Below are positions 47,991 to 61,300 of a DNA stretch of 64,000 nucleotides, one piece after another. The notes below the pieces were generated by a model, which was given only the letters and a program-made list of their open reading frames with translations, had not been told where the DNA came from and searched no databases. The stretch is taken from positions 119,908,001-119,972,000 of the forward strand of contig OZ260662.1 in assembly GCA_965285935.1 (NCBI GenBank), given 5' to 3'. Position numbers and translations under genes: made by a program. How positions within the stretch are numbered: the first letter of the stretch is position 1; every line of letters starts with the position of its first letter. This DNA comes from Ophelia neglecta. Taxonomy: Eukaryota.

Positions 47991-49885
47991 CATATAGCAA
48001 CTATATCATGCTTGTGATAATTAACATGGTCATGTATCAGGGTCGTTTTATTCTGTACGGAACGGGCATTAAACATGCAGACTGATAGCTGTGAGTTTGT
48101 ATTTCTTTTGATGCATTTTTGACACAGACTTTGCCAGAGGGATGTCCTTAAGATATGAAGTTGGTCGCGGTTGCATGTGTTGTAAAGCTCTCCGATAGTT
48201 AGTAACAGTGGGTATGCGTCTTGGCCTTTGTCCTTAAGTAGATAGATAGTTTGTTTATCCCACCCCTGTTGCCTCTAGGTAAAGTGGTGGCACCACCGGG
48301 AATATGTTAGACAACAGAGCGGTCCAGTAGATCCAGCCCGTTGACCAGTTCATTCTCTTGTCCCCATTGGGGTTTGGTCCTACCCTCCTGCACTTAACAA
48401 CAGCTATAACTATCAGGTATGTAAGCCAAGAAGACACCCGCATAATAATTCAATGGGTGATTAATGTCATACACCAGTTGTTGAGTCAATCTTCTTGTGT
48501 CACAGAAATACAAAAATCCAGAGATATGCACTAGAGAACACCAATTATCAAAAACTATGAGCAATTGTGTCCAGAAGTTTTCATATAGTGATCTCTCTCA
48601 ATAATCCACAAACATGGCGTAAAAACTCCAGTCGTCTCGAAGCAGAAACCATTGAAAACAGACAAAAACTGGCTCCAACCGTAACAGCTCTGCCACCTCT
48701 GGCATTGTCACTTAACCTCTTGTCAAAACAGCTACATTAAAGTGGTTTCCAATAACAGCATTCCACCAATACTTACTCATGGGCTAGCTTCTAATCACCG
48801 AGTGGGTCTATGTCAGCAGCATATGGGTTTGCATCTCTCTCCTGCATCCAAACATTCAAGCAATTGGCCTCAAATCCAGGATGTTGAGTGATGCAAAAAA
48901 TCCAATAATCTGGTTAAACCTCTCCCTGATCTAAATGTACTGGTGACAGCAGACACTCTCTTTGTTTCTGCTTCCCTGCACGTGACCACATGTTAACATT
49001 AATAATAATTGAGAACATTGCAATGAAGTACAGAATACGAAACTCCCCCAACCTTCCCTTCCCACTTATGAGCTGAAAAGTGTTCACCCCCATGAAGAGG
49101 AGAGAGGGACATGCCCACAAACATCTGGGGCACTCTGAGCTACAGTGAAACCTGGCTTCAAAGGCCATCATTAAACTCAGACAGCATGTCAATTCATATC
49201 TCTATAAATCTGAAAACCATATTGACACATGAATCGTACATAGAGTCGATTAAACACAGTTACATTAACGTGTCGCAGAAATATTACATGCAGTACACAT
49301 ACACAACGCAATTTAGCAATGCGAAAAAACAAGGCGTTTTACATTATATGCCTTAACCCCGCCCCCCCCCCCCCCTAAGTGGGCACCGAGCATCCCTCAC
49401 ATTATGAGTTATGACCCCTGCCCACACAAGGGAAAGCTAGGTAAAGTAAATATACAAAGAGCCACATGTTACTTCCTAACAATGTCGGGTCCATCTATTA
49501 AACTATGTCTGATCAATGGACTCGTTTCTTGTAGCCGGCATTCGATATACAGAAATATGTCCAGCCATACTATATTGAGGCGGATAAGTATGACACCATT
49601 AGACATCGGGGTAGAATTTGCTCAGAGCAGAGATTGATTTTACTATATGGAAACTACTTGTTTAATGTACAGATGAATAAATATAATGCCTATTTTAGAT
49701 AAGGTGCGTTAAGGCCCAGTTTTGTTTAAGTTTTTAAGAAGATTTATTGATTAGATTTATTTCAAGTATTATAGGGGCCGTGGGCCCATGGTACATATAT
49801 GATGTGTATACATACATTAATGGATACAAATTAAAAAAAACTTACACACATAATACATTATACGCGTATACAGACATGTAGCCAA

Positions 49886-52800
49886 CTATTTCAGTTTAAA
49901 GCAATGGTAGATAAATGCTGCCAGTTGTCTGAGCAAGTGCTCATTTGTCGTTGCCACTAAAAATATGAATTTATTGAAGCCTGGAAATGGCTTATAGTAG
50001 ACTTCAGGAATATATTGTAACCTCGACTCGTTGAACCTTGAACAAACCAAAATCATATGAAACTCATCTTCTACCAGATATTTATCTAATTCCATACAAA
50101 ATTCACAACTCCTAAATTCCCTTTCAATCCGACCTCTTTTTCGTTCAACAGCCAACCTGTGATTTGAACATCGAAGTTTAGATAAGGCTCTTCTATGAGT
50201 GAATATTTTGACACACAGCAAGTAAGGCTCAACTTCCAAATTCTGCTTAAAAGCTTTATAAGTTACCAATTTTGATATGTCATTGACATTTGCATGCCAT
50301 GCCTGCATTTCGGTATCCCTTAACCTCTGCTTGAACTCACTTAGAAATAAAAGACTATTTGCCACGCCTTGATTAAACCAGATATGCTGATAGCCATAAT
50401 TAGATAATAATGTTCTTAACCTTGTAGCCCATGTAATCTTACCAACACTATCAAGATTATGCAGCATTGCATAACATGACTTTATATGAGTACTGTCATC
50501 TACATGAATAATTTTTAACCACAATTTAACACATCTATGTGCGTAATGAACATAAAGGGGCATACGACCACATTCACCAAGAACAGCAGCGTTTGTTGTT
50601 TGAGTAACAACTCCTAGTACATACTTACAATATTTAATATGGATTTTCTCTATAATAGGTTGGTGTACATATCCCCAAATTTCGGAACCATACAAGAGGA
50701 TTGGCAATACCATGGAATCAAACAACTTAAAATACATATGAAATGTCAATCCCCCACACTTTTTTGAAATATCTTTGATAACAAAGCAAGCTTTTTCTGC
50801 CTGAGAGGCAAGCTGTTTCAAGGCTGGTGCCCATGACAATGAAGATGAAAATAATAACCCTAGATATTTGTAATAAGTGCATGTTTGCACTCGTTGACCA
50901 TTTAAAAACCATTTTTCATTCTTCTTTATAATTCCCCCTCTCCTAAAAACAATAATTTTTGTTTTGTCTCTGTTAACAGTTAAACCATGGTCTAATGTAA
51001 ACTGGCTTAATACATTTAATTCCCTTTGTAGCCCGGCTACTGTGTCATTGAGCATAGAAACATCATCTGCGAAAATAAGTATACATAGTGAATCACAATC
51101 AACATTGACATAAATGCCCTGGCACTGCCTTTTGCACAATTCTGCTAATTCATTTATATTCAATATGAAAAGGAGAGGACTCAACATACAACCCTGGCGT
51201 GTTCCTGACAAACAATTAAAAAATTCAGACAGCTTTCCCTTTACTTTTACACATGATTTTAACTGACTATACATTGATCAAAGGACTGTGAGAATTTTGC
51301 CATGTATACCCTTTTTTATTAAAAAGACACCATAGCCCTAGATGTGGGACAGAATCAAACGCCTTTGAGAAGTCAACAAAAGCACAATAAAATCTTCCCT
51401 TGCTTTTACAAAGATGCTTTTGTGCACAAGCATACAGGGCAAAAACATTGTCAACCGTTGACCTGTTTGGTCTATACCCAGCCTGACCATCATCTATTTT
51501 AACATTATTTTCTGCCCACAATACTAATCTGTTATTTAGAATTTTTGTGAAAATTTTGCTTACAGTACATAACAAGGAAATACCCCTATAATTATTGACA
51601 TCGTTTCTGTCGCCTTTCTTTAAAAGAGGACTAATAATGGCTCGACACCATGTTTCTGGGTAGACACCAGAATCCAAAATAAAATTAAAAAGATTACACA
51701 AGTGATTTTCAAGTAAATCAAAATTAGTTAGTAAACATTTCATATGGTATTCCATCAATTCCTGGGGCCTTATTCTTGGGTAGATCTTTTATCACCTTGC
51801 TAATCTAGTCCGAAGTCATGATGTCATTCAGATTGACAGGAATATTTTCGAAACAGCTATCATAAAAAAACTCCATCATTTGACAATACAGAATATATAG
51901 ATTCATCACTTAAAAAACCATTAACATTTAATAAACTATCAAAATACTCTGCCCATTGTTCACAGGTAATATCGTTTGAAACCTGGGTGTTCCTCAACTT
52001 GCCGATAGCTTCCCAAATATCATTATTCAAAGTAAGAGCTGACCTAAGAATTCCAATTTTTTGTTTTTTGAAGTCCGATTTTTTCTCAAAAAAACGATTA
52101 CATTTTTGCTTTACTTTCTAAATAAATAATTAAATGCAAGTCACAATTTGTAACTCTAAACCTATTCAAACTAGATGATACCTCATGTTTCATTTGGTCA
52201 CATTCAGAGTCCCACCACAATCTATCATTACTGAGAGGCTTCATAAAAGCGTTCCTCTCTGTGTGGCACTTTGTTACCATACATTCACCAGCTCTGACCA
52301 ATACATTTGTAAACAGAGATACAGAACCATCAAGATCCCCTTTTGTGATCTTTCGATCGATTTGAGTTAAAATGTCACATGCAGCAGAATCACATATTAA
52401 AGACCTAAATTCATCCTTTTTATCTGGTCTCCATTTAAATTTCACATATTTGCTACCCTCAGTTGATGTGTTTTGGTTAAAGTTGTTTTGACTCGGGTTT
52501 CCATTAATACAAATAGAACAAATCAAAGGGAAATGATCTGAACCGGTCTCCGTAGAGACTTTAAAATCATGTACATAACGAAATAAATCTGTTGATATAA
52601 TAAAATAATCAACAACACTGCAACCCGTTTTAGCTATATAAGATGAATTACCATATTTATCCCCTGGTAACCGACCATTTGCTATATGACAATTCAATGT
52701 TTTGCATAATTCAATGAGCTCTATTGAATTACAGTTTTATCTTGTGATCTCCTTTCCATTACAAAATTATCCACTGGATACCATTTACTCAGATGATGAA

Positions 52801-53368
52801 TGAAATGTGTAAATGAATCATCTTCCAGAATGTAATCTTTTAGGGCACCAACTCTGCTATTGAAATCGCCACAAATAATTAAATTTTCATTAGTATGAAT
52901 TATTCCTTGAATGAAACCCTTTAATTCTATGATGCCATTGATTTCCTCTCTGTCTGTGTAAAATGTAGATCGCTCATCTGGTACATAAACAAAAACTAAC
53001 AAGCAAGATACATTATTTGGAGCTATCTCCTTGCTTAATCTACAGCATAAACATAAATCGTTTGACTGAACAAACTGAACAAAACCGGAAAGTTTCTTTT
53101 TAATACATACAGATATACCTCCAGGCACTCTGCCTTTTGTCCTTCGCCGAGATCCATGAACAGAATAAATAATGTAATTGTCACCTAAATTTTTTTCAAT
53201 AAGCTCATTGTTTGCAGTCCAAGTTTCCTGCAAACTTATAATGTCACAGTTCTGTAAGAAATCGTCGCTATTGCTAAATTCAATTAAATTGTGTAGTCCA
53301 TGCACATTCCATGAAACTAAACGCAATAGATCTATACCTGTTTGTACTGTGGCACCACGGCCAGTGTC
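49886..53368 (-). pseudogene. LINE ORF2: AP endonuclease, reverse transcriptase and C-terminal Cys/His domain (frameshifted)
   Basis: SWNVHGL, LQETW, GDFNSR, VVDY and SDHFPL (APE); NYRGISLL, FVDFSKAFDSV, RQGCMLSPLLF and FADD (RT); RCSNHRL...CEFC...EDEFH...C. Split across ORFs 52721-53326, 52098-52697, 51267-51758 and 49886-51274. Confidence 0.92.
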
Positions 53369-54442
53369 CTACATATCTGAAGTTGCTCCTCTATCTGGAC
53401 TCCCCCGATTGGACGGCTGACTCTGTGTACGTTCCCCAGGAACTACTGTCAAGTTATCGTATTCATCGAGGTAATGTTGTCTCTTTTCTATGACCAATTT
53501 ATCAAAGCTGAGATAGGTTGTCTTCTGTTTCCTAGCCTCAAGCATAAAAGGGATAAGTTTCTTCCTTATTTCTCTGACTTTCTGGCTGTAGTCATGCGTT
53601 ACCTTGACAACGGGAAGCTTCACATCCCTGGCCTTCTCCAGAATCATATTCTTCTGTTTCCATCTACACATCCTTACAACGATGGGTCTGTCGCGATTTC
53701 TTGTCTTCCGCCCGACCCTATGCGCTCTCTCTATCTCTATAATTTCTTCTTCGTCTATACCAATATCTTCCTTTAGAACTTTCACTAACTTTTCCTCTGT
53801 CTTTTCCCAAGTCTCCCATGCCTGTTCTTTCACTCCGTAAATCACAAGATTGTTCCTTCGGGAGTGATCCTCTCGATCTACTACAGCCCGCTCCAATCGT
53901 GCCAGACGGTCAGTTTCTAACTTGTTTACCTTCGCGGCCATGTTGCTTTGTACAGTCTTGACACGATCTACTGCATTGTGCACAATCTCGACTGCCGTCT
54001 TACAGTCATCAACTTTCTCATCTAGGTCCTCAATGAATTTCTGAATGTTGTCACCTTGGTTTTCAATAGATTCTACACTGACACGCATGTACCTAACCTC
54101 TTGTTGAAGTTTAGTCATCACGGTCAGAACGAGCTGCATACTTTGGTTTGTATCCAGGCCAGAGACATCCGGCACTTCCACGGTCTGTGACTCTGCCACT
54201 CCGCTTTCACTTGAACAATCAGCAGCAGAACCTTGGCCGGCCCGAGGCTGTGTATGCGTTGTACGCTGGAGTAAAGGACTAGCGACAATTCTACAAGTAC
54301 GTTTGTAGTCCGGGCTGAAGTCTTGACCACTGCTGACACTGCTACTCGTACTTGCTTTCCTTGCCTTCCTCTTATTTGCAACCTTTGTCCATAATTCCTC
54401 CTCATTCTCGCCATCTTCATACATCATATGACTTATCTCCAA
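53369..54442 (-). CDS. LINE ORF1, L1/Transposase_22-like (coiled coil, RRM-like, CTD), 357 aa
   Basis: Heptad region followed by EDHSRRNNLVIYGVKE, IERAHRVG, RPIVVR, DYSQKVREIRKKL and LSFDKLVI. Confidence 0.88.
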   Translation of the reverse strand: MEISHMMYEDGENEEELWTKVANKRKARKASTSSSVSSGQDFSPDYKRTCRIVASPLLQRTTHTQPRAGQGSAADCSSESGVAESQTVEVPDVSGLDTNQSMQLVLTVMTKLQQEVRYMRVSVESIENQGDNIQKFIEDLDEKVDDCKTAVEIVHNAVDRVKTVQSNMAAKVNKLETDRLARLERAVVDREDHSRRNNLVIYGVKEQAWETWEKTEEKLVKVLKEDIGIDEEEIIEIERAHRVGRKTRNRDRPIVVRMCRWKQKNMILEKARDVKLPVVKVTHDYSQKVREIRKKLIPFMLEARKQKTTYLSFDKLVIEKRQHYLDEYDNLTVVPGERTQSQPSNRGSPDRGATSDM

Positions 54443-55014
54443 TTATTGTAGTAAACAATATCCAAGCAAAAAAGACAAAAACTTCAGAGCCGACAGATAG
54501 GCACAAGCTATCCGGTTCACGCATGCCCCCAAAAAAAAAAAAAAAAGAAAAAAGTAGACTGACTAGGTTTTATTTTAATGTCGCCTCCCCCCCCCCCCCC
54601 TCCCAGTAAAATCGGTTATGCATAAAAATATAACTAGCCTTTCAGCGGGCCCAAAGACTAATTATATATGTGCACTTTCCACGAGGCATGGGTAGGTAAA
54701 GGATTTTGTATTCTCGGGTTATTAGTAACTTGGTGCAATCATCTGAACAATTTCAAAGGCCAAAGTAAATGAGAGTTATGATGTTTCAGCTTTCTATGGA
54801 GTAACATTCGGAGTTTAAGCTTAAATCAGATAACACAGCATTCATATAGCGCCTTGAAGAAACCATAAGGGAGGAACCTAGAAGGATAATAAAGTGGTGT
54901 ATGCAGCCGGAAATCTCACCGGCACTGAATAGAACTATTCACAAACAGCCAAGGATAAAATGATAAACCTCTAGTACGTGGAAGTAATTATAGCGATGCA
55001 GAACAATCATTTCA

Positions 55015-55321
55015 GACCAATAGGCTATGGCCGAATTAGTTCTGAACAAAATAACCGGGACCAAAATGCCAATTGACGGGATAGCTCTCGGCGTTTGGCT
55101 TCATGCCAACAGAGGTCACCCGAGGTATGCCTTCTTTCGACTGCAGCATAGAAATATATAATCTGGGTCAACAAGCTGCTGGCATACACCATTGTGACAC
55201 TGCAGCGTTCGACTCTCAATTGGCTTATGTATAAAACGTGTCACAAATACCCACTCTAACCAAGATTCATCTGTCTAAGAAGCTGTGTACTGGGGAGAAG
55301 GTCGACCATGACACGTTACCG
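55015..55321 (+). promoter_or_regulatory. Putative promoter and non-coding exon 1 of a third CYP copy (C)
   Basis: NFI palindrome 55095-55109, AGGTCA-N4-AGGTAT 55113-55128, TATAAAA at 55230, donor CCG|GTGAGT at 55321/55322. Confidence 0.55.
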
Positions 55322-58300
55322 GTGAGTGTACGTGCTTTAGTCCACCTGTAAAGTTATTAACGTCACTCGATGCCAGAAGGCCCTGTGTGTAGGAAAGTAC
55401 AGTGTGACTTCTCATGTTTAACTACAGATTTTTACTAGTAATGTATATGTGTGAATTGAAATTTTAATGGCTACAAACCCTAATGTTTTTAAGGTTGTTA
55501 AGGCAGTTTTCTTACATGTATGTATACCACATGAAGCGATGTGGAATCTATAACTACCAAACCTAGCAGTGCACTGAACGTACAATTCATTGTCGACAGT
55601 ATAAGGTCTATATAAATGGCTGCTATTGATCCTTTATTTGCATAAACAGCCATTTGTAAATCTGGCTGTCAGAGATGCTAACTAGGACAGAGCCGAATGA
55701 TTCCAAATACGGCATGTCAAGCCAGAAGAGACTGAGATACAACTTCCCAGAACTGAAGTATGGGGTACTCCATTCACAGAGCCCCCCCCCCCTCCCCCCA
55801 TATTCGCAGGAGTCCTATGTTTCCGTTTAAAATGAATCCTCTCTCAGGCGAGATACCAGATGTAGGATGGTCCTTTACAATAAAATCGACAATGTGACCA
55901 TTTTAACATGGGTTCTATCTTCTTTTGCGTCTTCTAGTAAATATTTACAATACGTGCTTGTACGAGGCGGGCACATGACACTTGGTGATGTTGCGTCGCT
56001 TCAAATATATGAACACAAATTAGCCCCATATAACCAACATTCGTGGGCTAAACCACCTAACTATCCGCCAGCGTGAAGTATGAATAGATATTAATTGGAT
56101 CTTCCCCAAGATGGCAGATGTTTGGCCTTAAGGTAACGTTACCCTTCCACTGGAGTCAATCCTAGGCTCAACAGTTAATAATTACAGCCCTCTTAAATAC
56201 ACGAAGGTAGGCATCAAAGGGTGTAGCCTATTCTTGAGTAGTATTTCACTTATAATATTGTTATCACATAGCCCTCTCATACCTGCAAGTCAGCTTTCCC
56301 AATATGTCCTATTTTGGCTCAATTAGCGACAATTTATTAGTAAAGCTTAGAAAACTGAAGAGTTTGGAACATTTTCTTTGGGCAGGATCACGATGACATG
56401 TAGTGGCCCTACCGTGAGTAATTTATAGCCATGCTGAACAAAACATATATTAAATTTACCAAAGGAATTCAGCTTGTTGCTTATTTTGACATACCATGGG
56501 CAATAAATAGTAAAACTTGCTCATGTCCAAAGCAATACCGACAATTCCGTGGAGGGAAAAGCACCCCTCTACTATTATTATTGGTCTGATTTATTTTATG
56601 TTTGTAGGCCTAAGATAACAGCGGCACCGCGTATATAGACGGTCTAATGGAAGTGTGGGGCATGACAATACACAGGGTGCCAACAAAAATCATCATAGAA
56701 GGGGCCTCATTGTGGTGTGGTGTGGGGGAGTAATGAAGGATCCAAGAAAGATTTCCTTGTAAGGCCTGGTAAAGCAATTTGCTCAGGGAATGTGGAGGAA
56801 TTCAAAGTGAGACTTTTTTAGAAGAAGAGTACATTTAAAAGGGTTGTTAAGCATATGTGGTATCTGGTAAATAGGCCATGTGAAGTCTCATTTGATGTCG
56901 TACAGCAGCCATACCGGGGTGGTTGCCATTACTTTCACAAGTTTCCAGGGGGCAGAAAATCTTAAAAAATTAAATGGGCGCCGATGTGCTAAAGCATTGG
57001 TGATCAAATGATCGTTTTGCGTTATTGTAACGCAGGACCCTGATCTATATACATTAACATTCGATGCGTCGCCCATAAAGCCATTACTCGTCCGTTGTTC
57101 GCAATCGAGTCGAGTCGATATCGAGTACCCGCTCTGTCTATCGCAGTTCTTGCCTTCAGCTCAATCCGGAGCGTTTCCTGCACCGTGCATGACATTTGAA
57201 ACTTTGTACCTTATATCGTCAATGTCATCGAGGGTGGGGTCGACTTGCCTCATTCTGGACCAGGCAAACGATTTACACAAAAATTGCCGTCTGTGGTTGT
57301 GAACCAAGGCCAAGTTCTATTCTCGACACTATGTATTTAGACTTGGGTTTAAGAAAGGCTCGTTTCGGGAGCCACCACTGTTTAACTGCTTCACCAAAAT
57401 TGACATTCGACAAGGTGCATGGAGTAGATGATTTAAGGTGGTGTGGGACCCCTAATTCATGGTTAAATGTCTTATGGGGTGATTTTTGGAAATGTACTGT
57501 TTTAGATAGAGCTTATTCTGTTCTATCCAATGGTGCGTTTATTTTCATTCTTAGTTATTTCTTTTAACTCAAATAAAGGGTTTTTATTCATGCCTAACAG
57601 CTAAATGTTTGTTTACAAACAAGAGACGTTATGGTCTTTATAGTCACATGATTATTGTGTTCAGCCATGCATGAACATCCATCAGGCAATGGCAATTAGG
57701 CTCCTCCATGTTCTCACCAGTACTCTGATAGTTGTGATAAGCTGTATATATGACAGGTGAGATAGCTACGCATAATATTGTGTTTGTATAATCACAAATA
57801 ATACGCGGGGTCGAAAGTAATCACTGATAATGGTAAATACTCGTTTACTACCAGCTGTCCAAGTTCTAAACAATACGAACTGGTAATTTACATGATTGCC
57901 TACCAACGCATATGCGTCCTTGGTATTTACCAGCGCATCTGCTTCCCGCCTAGCAGACAGTATGTATGGCATATGCTGGGAAGGTGATTAGTACTCATTA
58001 AATTTGAACAGTTCAGGGCGCTACGAACCGGAAATAAACAGGGATAAGGGATTAGCCCTGACTTAGGGATCAATCGGGAAAGTCTTTAGGATTCGAATAA
58101 CTATTAAAGGCGACGTCTCCGGGCATGGAAGTAGGCTTTGCAATAAAATACATGTGCGGCGATCTCGCTTCGTTTTTCCCATTTTATCCAGTTATATTTG
58201 TTTGTAAACAAGTATAAAAGTGTGAAAGTGTAATGATCCTTGTATGCCTAGAGCTATCAAGAGTGTGTGGTTTAATCCGTAAATAATGGGCTTAGCACCT

Positions 58301-58367
58301 ATTGTGGTCATAAGCCGGGCCGGTGATCTCTGCTCCGCCCATCCAGCCCAGGTTAGGCCTGACGTCA

Positions 58368-61300
58368 TAGTTTAGTTTATTTCGTTTAAAAAGTCATCAC
58401 TGACTTATTTGTATAAATTAGAAATACATTAATAGTCCACACATTTAGCCATAAATTTACCATACAACCATACACACATGCACCTATATTTACATACATA
58501 CACACGTATACACATACTCATACATACACATATACTTACATACCCATAAAAATATAAACACACGTCCATAAAAAAACTGATCTCATACAGGTTAAATACT
58601 AGGTTATAACATTTAAGATATTTTCCCTTTCGTTAAACATAAAATATAGCATTTTAGAAAGGGCCAGTAGGACCGAGGTATCTTTAGATGACAAAAAAAA
58701 AAGGTCAACCTTTGTTTATCATGGGCGTAAATTATGTCCGGCAACAACTTTTCCAGTTTTGAGAGGAATGGCCTCCTGACAACATTCAGCTTTGCACATT
58801 TAAAGAGAAAATGCTCTTCGTCTTCAGCATCAAGGTGGCACAAACAACATATACATAACTCAAACGGTGTTTTTGGTTTAGTGTGCCGACTCCTCTCAAT
58901 CTCTGGGTTATGGCTGCAAAGTCTAAATTTTGACAAAGCATGTCTAAACTGAAATTGAGTGATAGAACATGTGTACATTTCCAGTTCAAAAGATGTCTGG
59001 TATAAACAATATGTCCTTAGTTTAGGCTGGTCCATACGAGTGTTAATCGAAGACAGCCATACATTAATGTAATCATCCTTAAGGAGTCTTTTAAACTTAT
59101 CAACAATTGAACGGCGATCGCCGACACGTAAAGACTGCAAATCAATATTAAACAATTAAAAATATCAGTAACATCAGTTACCCATGTTCTGAAACCATGG
59201 GTACTGAGAACGTTAAGCGTATTGAAAACCTTTGAAGCTATTTTGTATTTTGGCATATTTTGCAATCTACAATAAAAAGAAAAATACTAGTATACATATC
59301 TAAATGCAGAGGAAAAGACCCACATTCTCCGTACACTGCAAGGTTATTAGTTGCTTGTTTAACGCACGGCTCATGTTTTAGAAATTGTAAATGGGCTCTC
59401 TCTGCAAATTTACATGCTGTTGAACGACAGCCCCACAACTCACATCCGTACAGTAATATAAGTTTAATGCATGAATTAAAGACAGACACTGATATATCAA
59501 GTGGCAGTTTGCCAATTGTCTTGGTACACTCTCTAGTTTTTAACGTTGCTTTAAGATCCTTGTCCTGTAGATACTGGTAATTAGTTCTAATTATATCTCC
59601 GGAAATAGATTGTGTCTCATGAAAGAGGTTACCAAGATATTTGTACTGGGATACTCTCTTGATAACTGTTTTACCAAAATAAAGCTCTTCTGACCTGTCT
59701 GCGTCAGAGTGTTTACCAAAGATCATATAATTTGTTTTAAGCTTATTAACAATCATAAGGCTGGTGGAGCAAAAATAATGTAGTCCGTCTACCTGAGCTT
59801 AAATGCCTTTAGCAGAGTCGGATACAAGAATAAGGTCATCCGCCCATAACATGTGTAAAATAATCATATCATCATCCAATACAATGCCGTTTTCTTCTAC
59901 AAAATATTTACGCATATCAGAAAAATATCTTCGGAATAAATCTGTGCTTATATTGCCTCCCTGGTTGACACCAATTAGATTGTCAACTAGATCGCTGAGG
60001 CCTTCAGAGCTTTTAACTCTAAATTTTGTTTTAGAGTCTCGTGAAGTATCCACGTCGTCACCATGAATGCCAGATTCAATTAACTTATAAAAGAGTATAT
60101 ACCTGTTAATGAGGTCGAATGCTTTGGTAAAATCAACAAAGCATACATATAATTTTTTGCCAAGACATAATTGTTACTGGATTAATCCCATCAAAATAAA
60201 CTTATTATCACTGGTCTGGGAATCCTTAAGAAAGCCTCCATTATATATTTCTGTGCGGTTGTATGCTTCAATGATGAATCTTAACCGGCGACTTACAATG
60301 ATTTCAAAAATCTTTTCAATTGTTGGTAATAAAGTTATTGGTCTGTAATTCGTGACAATGGACCTGTCACCCGTCTTAGGCACGGGAAGGCGCACGCCCT
60401 GACTTAAGCATTCAGGGAGGAATTTATGATGGACTATATAATTAAATAGGCACCGCAGACTTGGTATGAATTGCCGTTTCGCTCCCTTCAAAAATTCAGT
60501 AGTTATGCAATCATAGCCCGTGGCCTTATTTGGTTTGAGGTAATCAATGGCTGATGATATTTCGTGATCCGTAAACATAGAGTTTAAAGTTTGCAGTTCC
60601 TGCCTGTTGCTATACAGATTATCTAGAGAGCCGTCATCATAACGGTCTAAAAACATAATTGCTTCTTGCTCATATATTCTGTTGAAATACGGAGCACACG
60701 TGGCTACAGCTAAACTCTTAAAATATGTATAAAATTGCTCACCACTAGGCGTAGAAGTACATGAAGTACCAGAAAATGACTTAAGTTTGCGATATATACT
60801 AGGTTGGTTTAATTTATATAAATTGCACAATTCATTCAATTGTTTGTTTCTGAACTCGCGTTTCTTGCGTTGTTTGATTGAACGGTAAATAGATGTGAGC
60901 TGTACAATGGAATTCAGGTTATCACTAAGGCCGGCGTTACATGCGCGACTGCGTGCAGCTCTTAGCTCAGCATCGAACCACGGATTGTAATTATACCTAG
61001 GTTTCCCCCTATATACCTTAGAGAAACACACATCAGCTGAATCGTTAATACATTTAATAAAACTATCGGTTACCTCCTCTGGGTGGCGAAGTTCTAAAAT
61101 ACAGTTATAAAAGGATTCCAGTTAACCTTCTAAATAATTGGAGAAAAGTATCATTGAGTCTGGACAGTCATTCACTTTATATTTACCTACTGCTGTCCAT
61201 GTGCTACAATTGCCCTCGTTGAGGGGCTGAACGGGGTCCCCGCGGGGACTGCGTTTAAAAAAAAAGACAAAGACGCTATTTCCCGTTGTGTCGACACGAG

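Larger units (their letters stand above)
49740..54530 (-). mobile_element. Near full-length RTEX-like non-LTR retrotransposon with L1-type ORF1
   Basis: ORF1 followed by APE-RT-Cys/His ORF2. The 3' end has GGGCCCACGGCCCC and AATAAATCT repeats. It interrupts sequence that is contiguous in unit A (~20025-20035). Confidence 0.9.
41750..57436 (+). repeat. Tandem segmental duplication unit C (upstream region only, interrupted by retroelements)
   Basis: Collinear blocks 41750-42418, 49312-49730 and 54550-57436 are homologous to the upstream regions of units A and B. No CYP coding exon follows within the window. Confidence 0.8.

Noticed and set aside
44180-49300. LTR pair for the BEL/Pao element
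   Set aside because: No direct repeat or TG...CA ends could be matched between 44180-44700 and 48000-49300.
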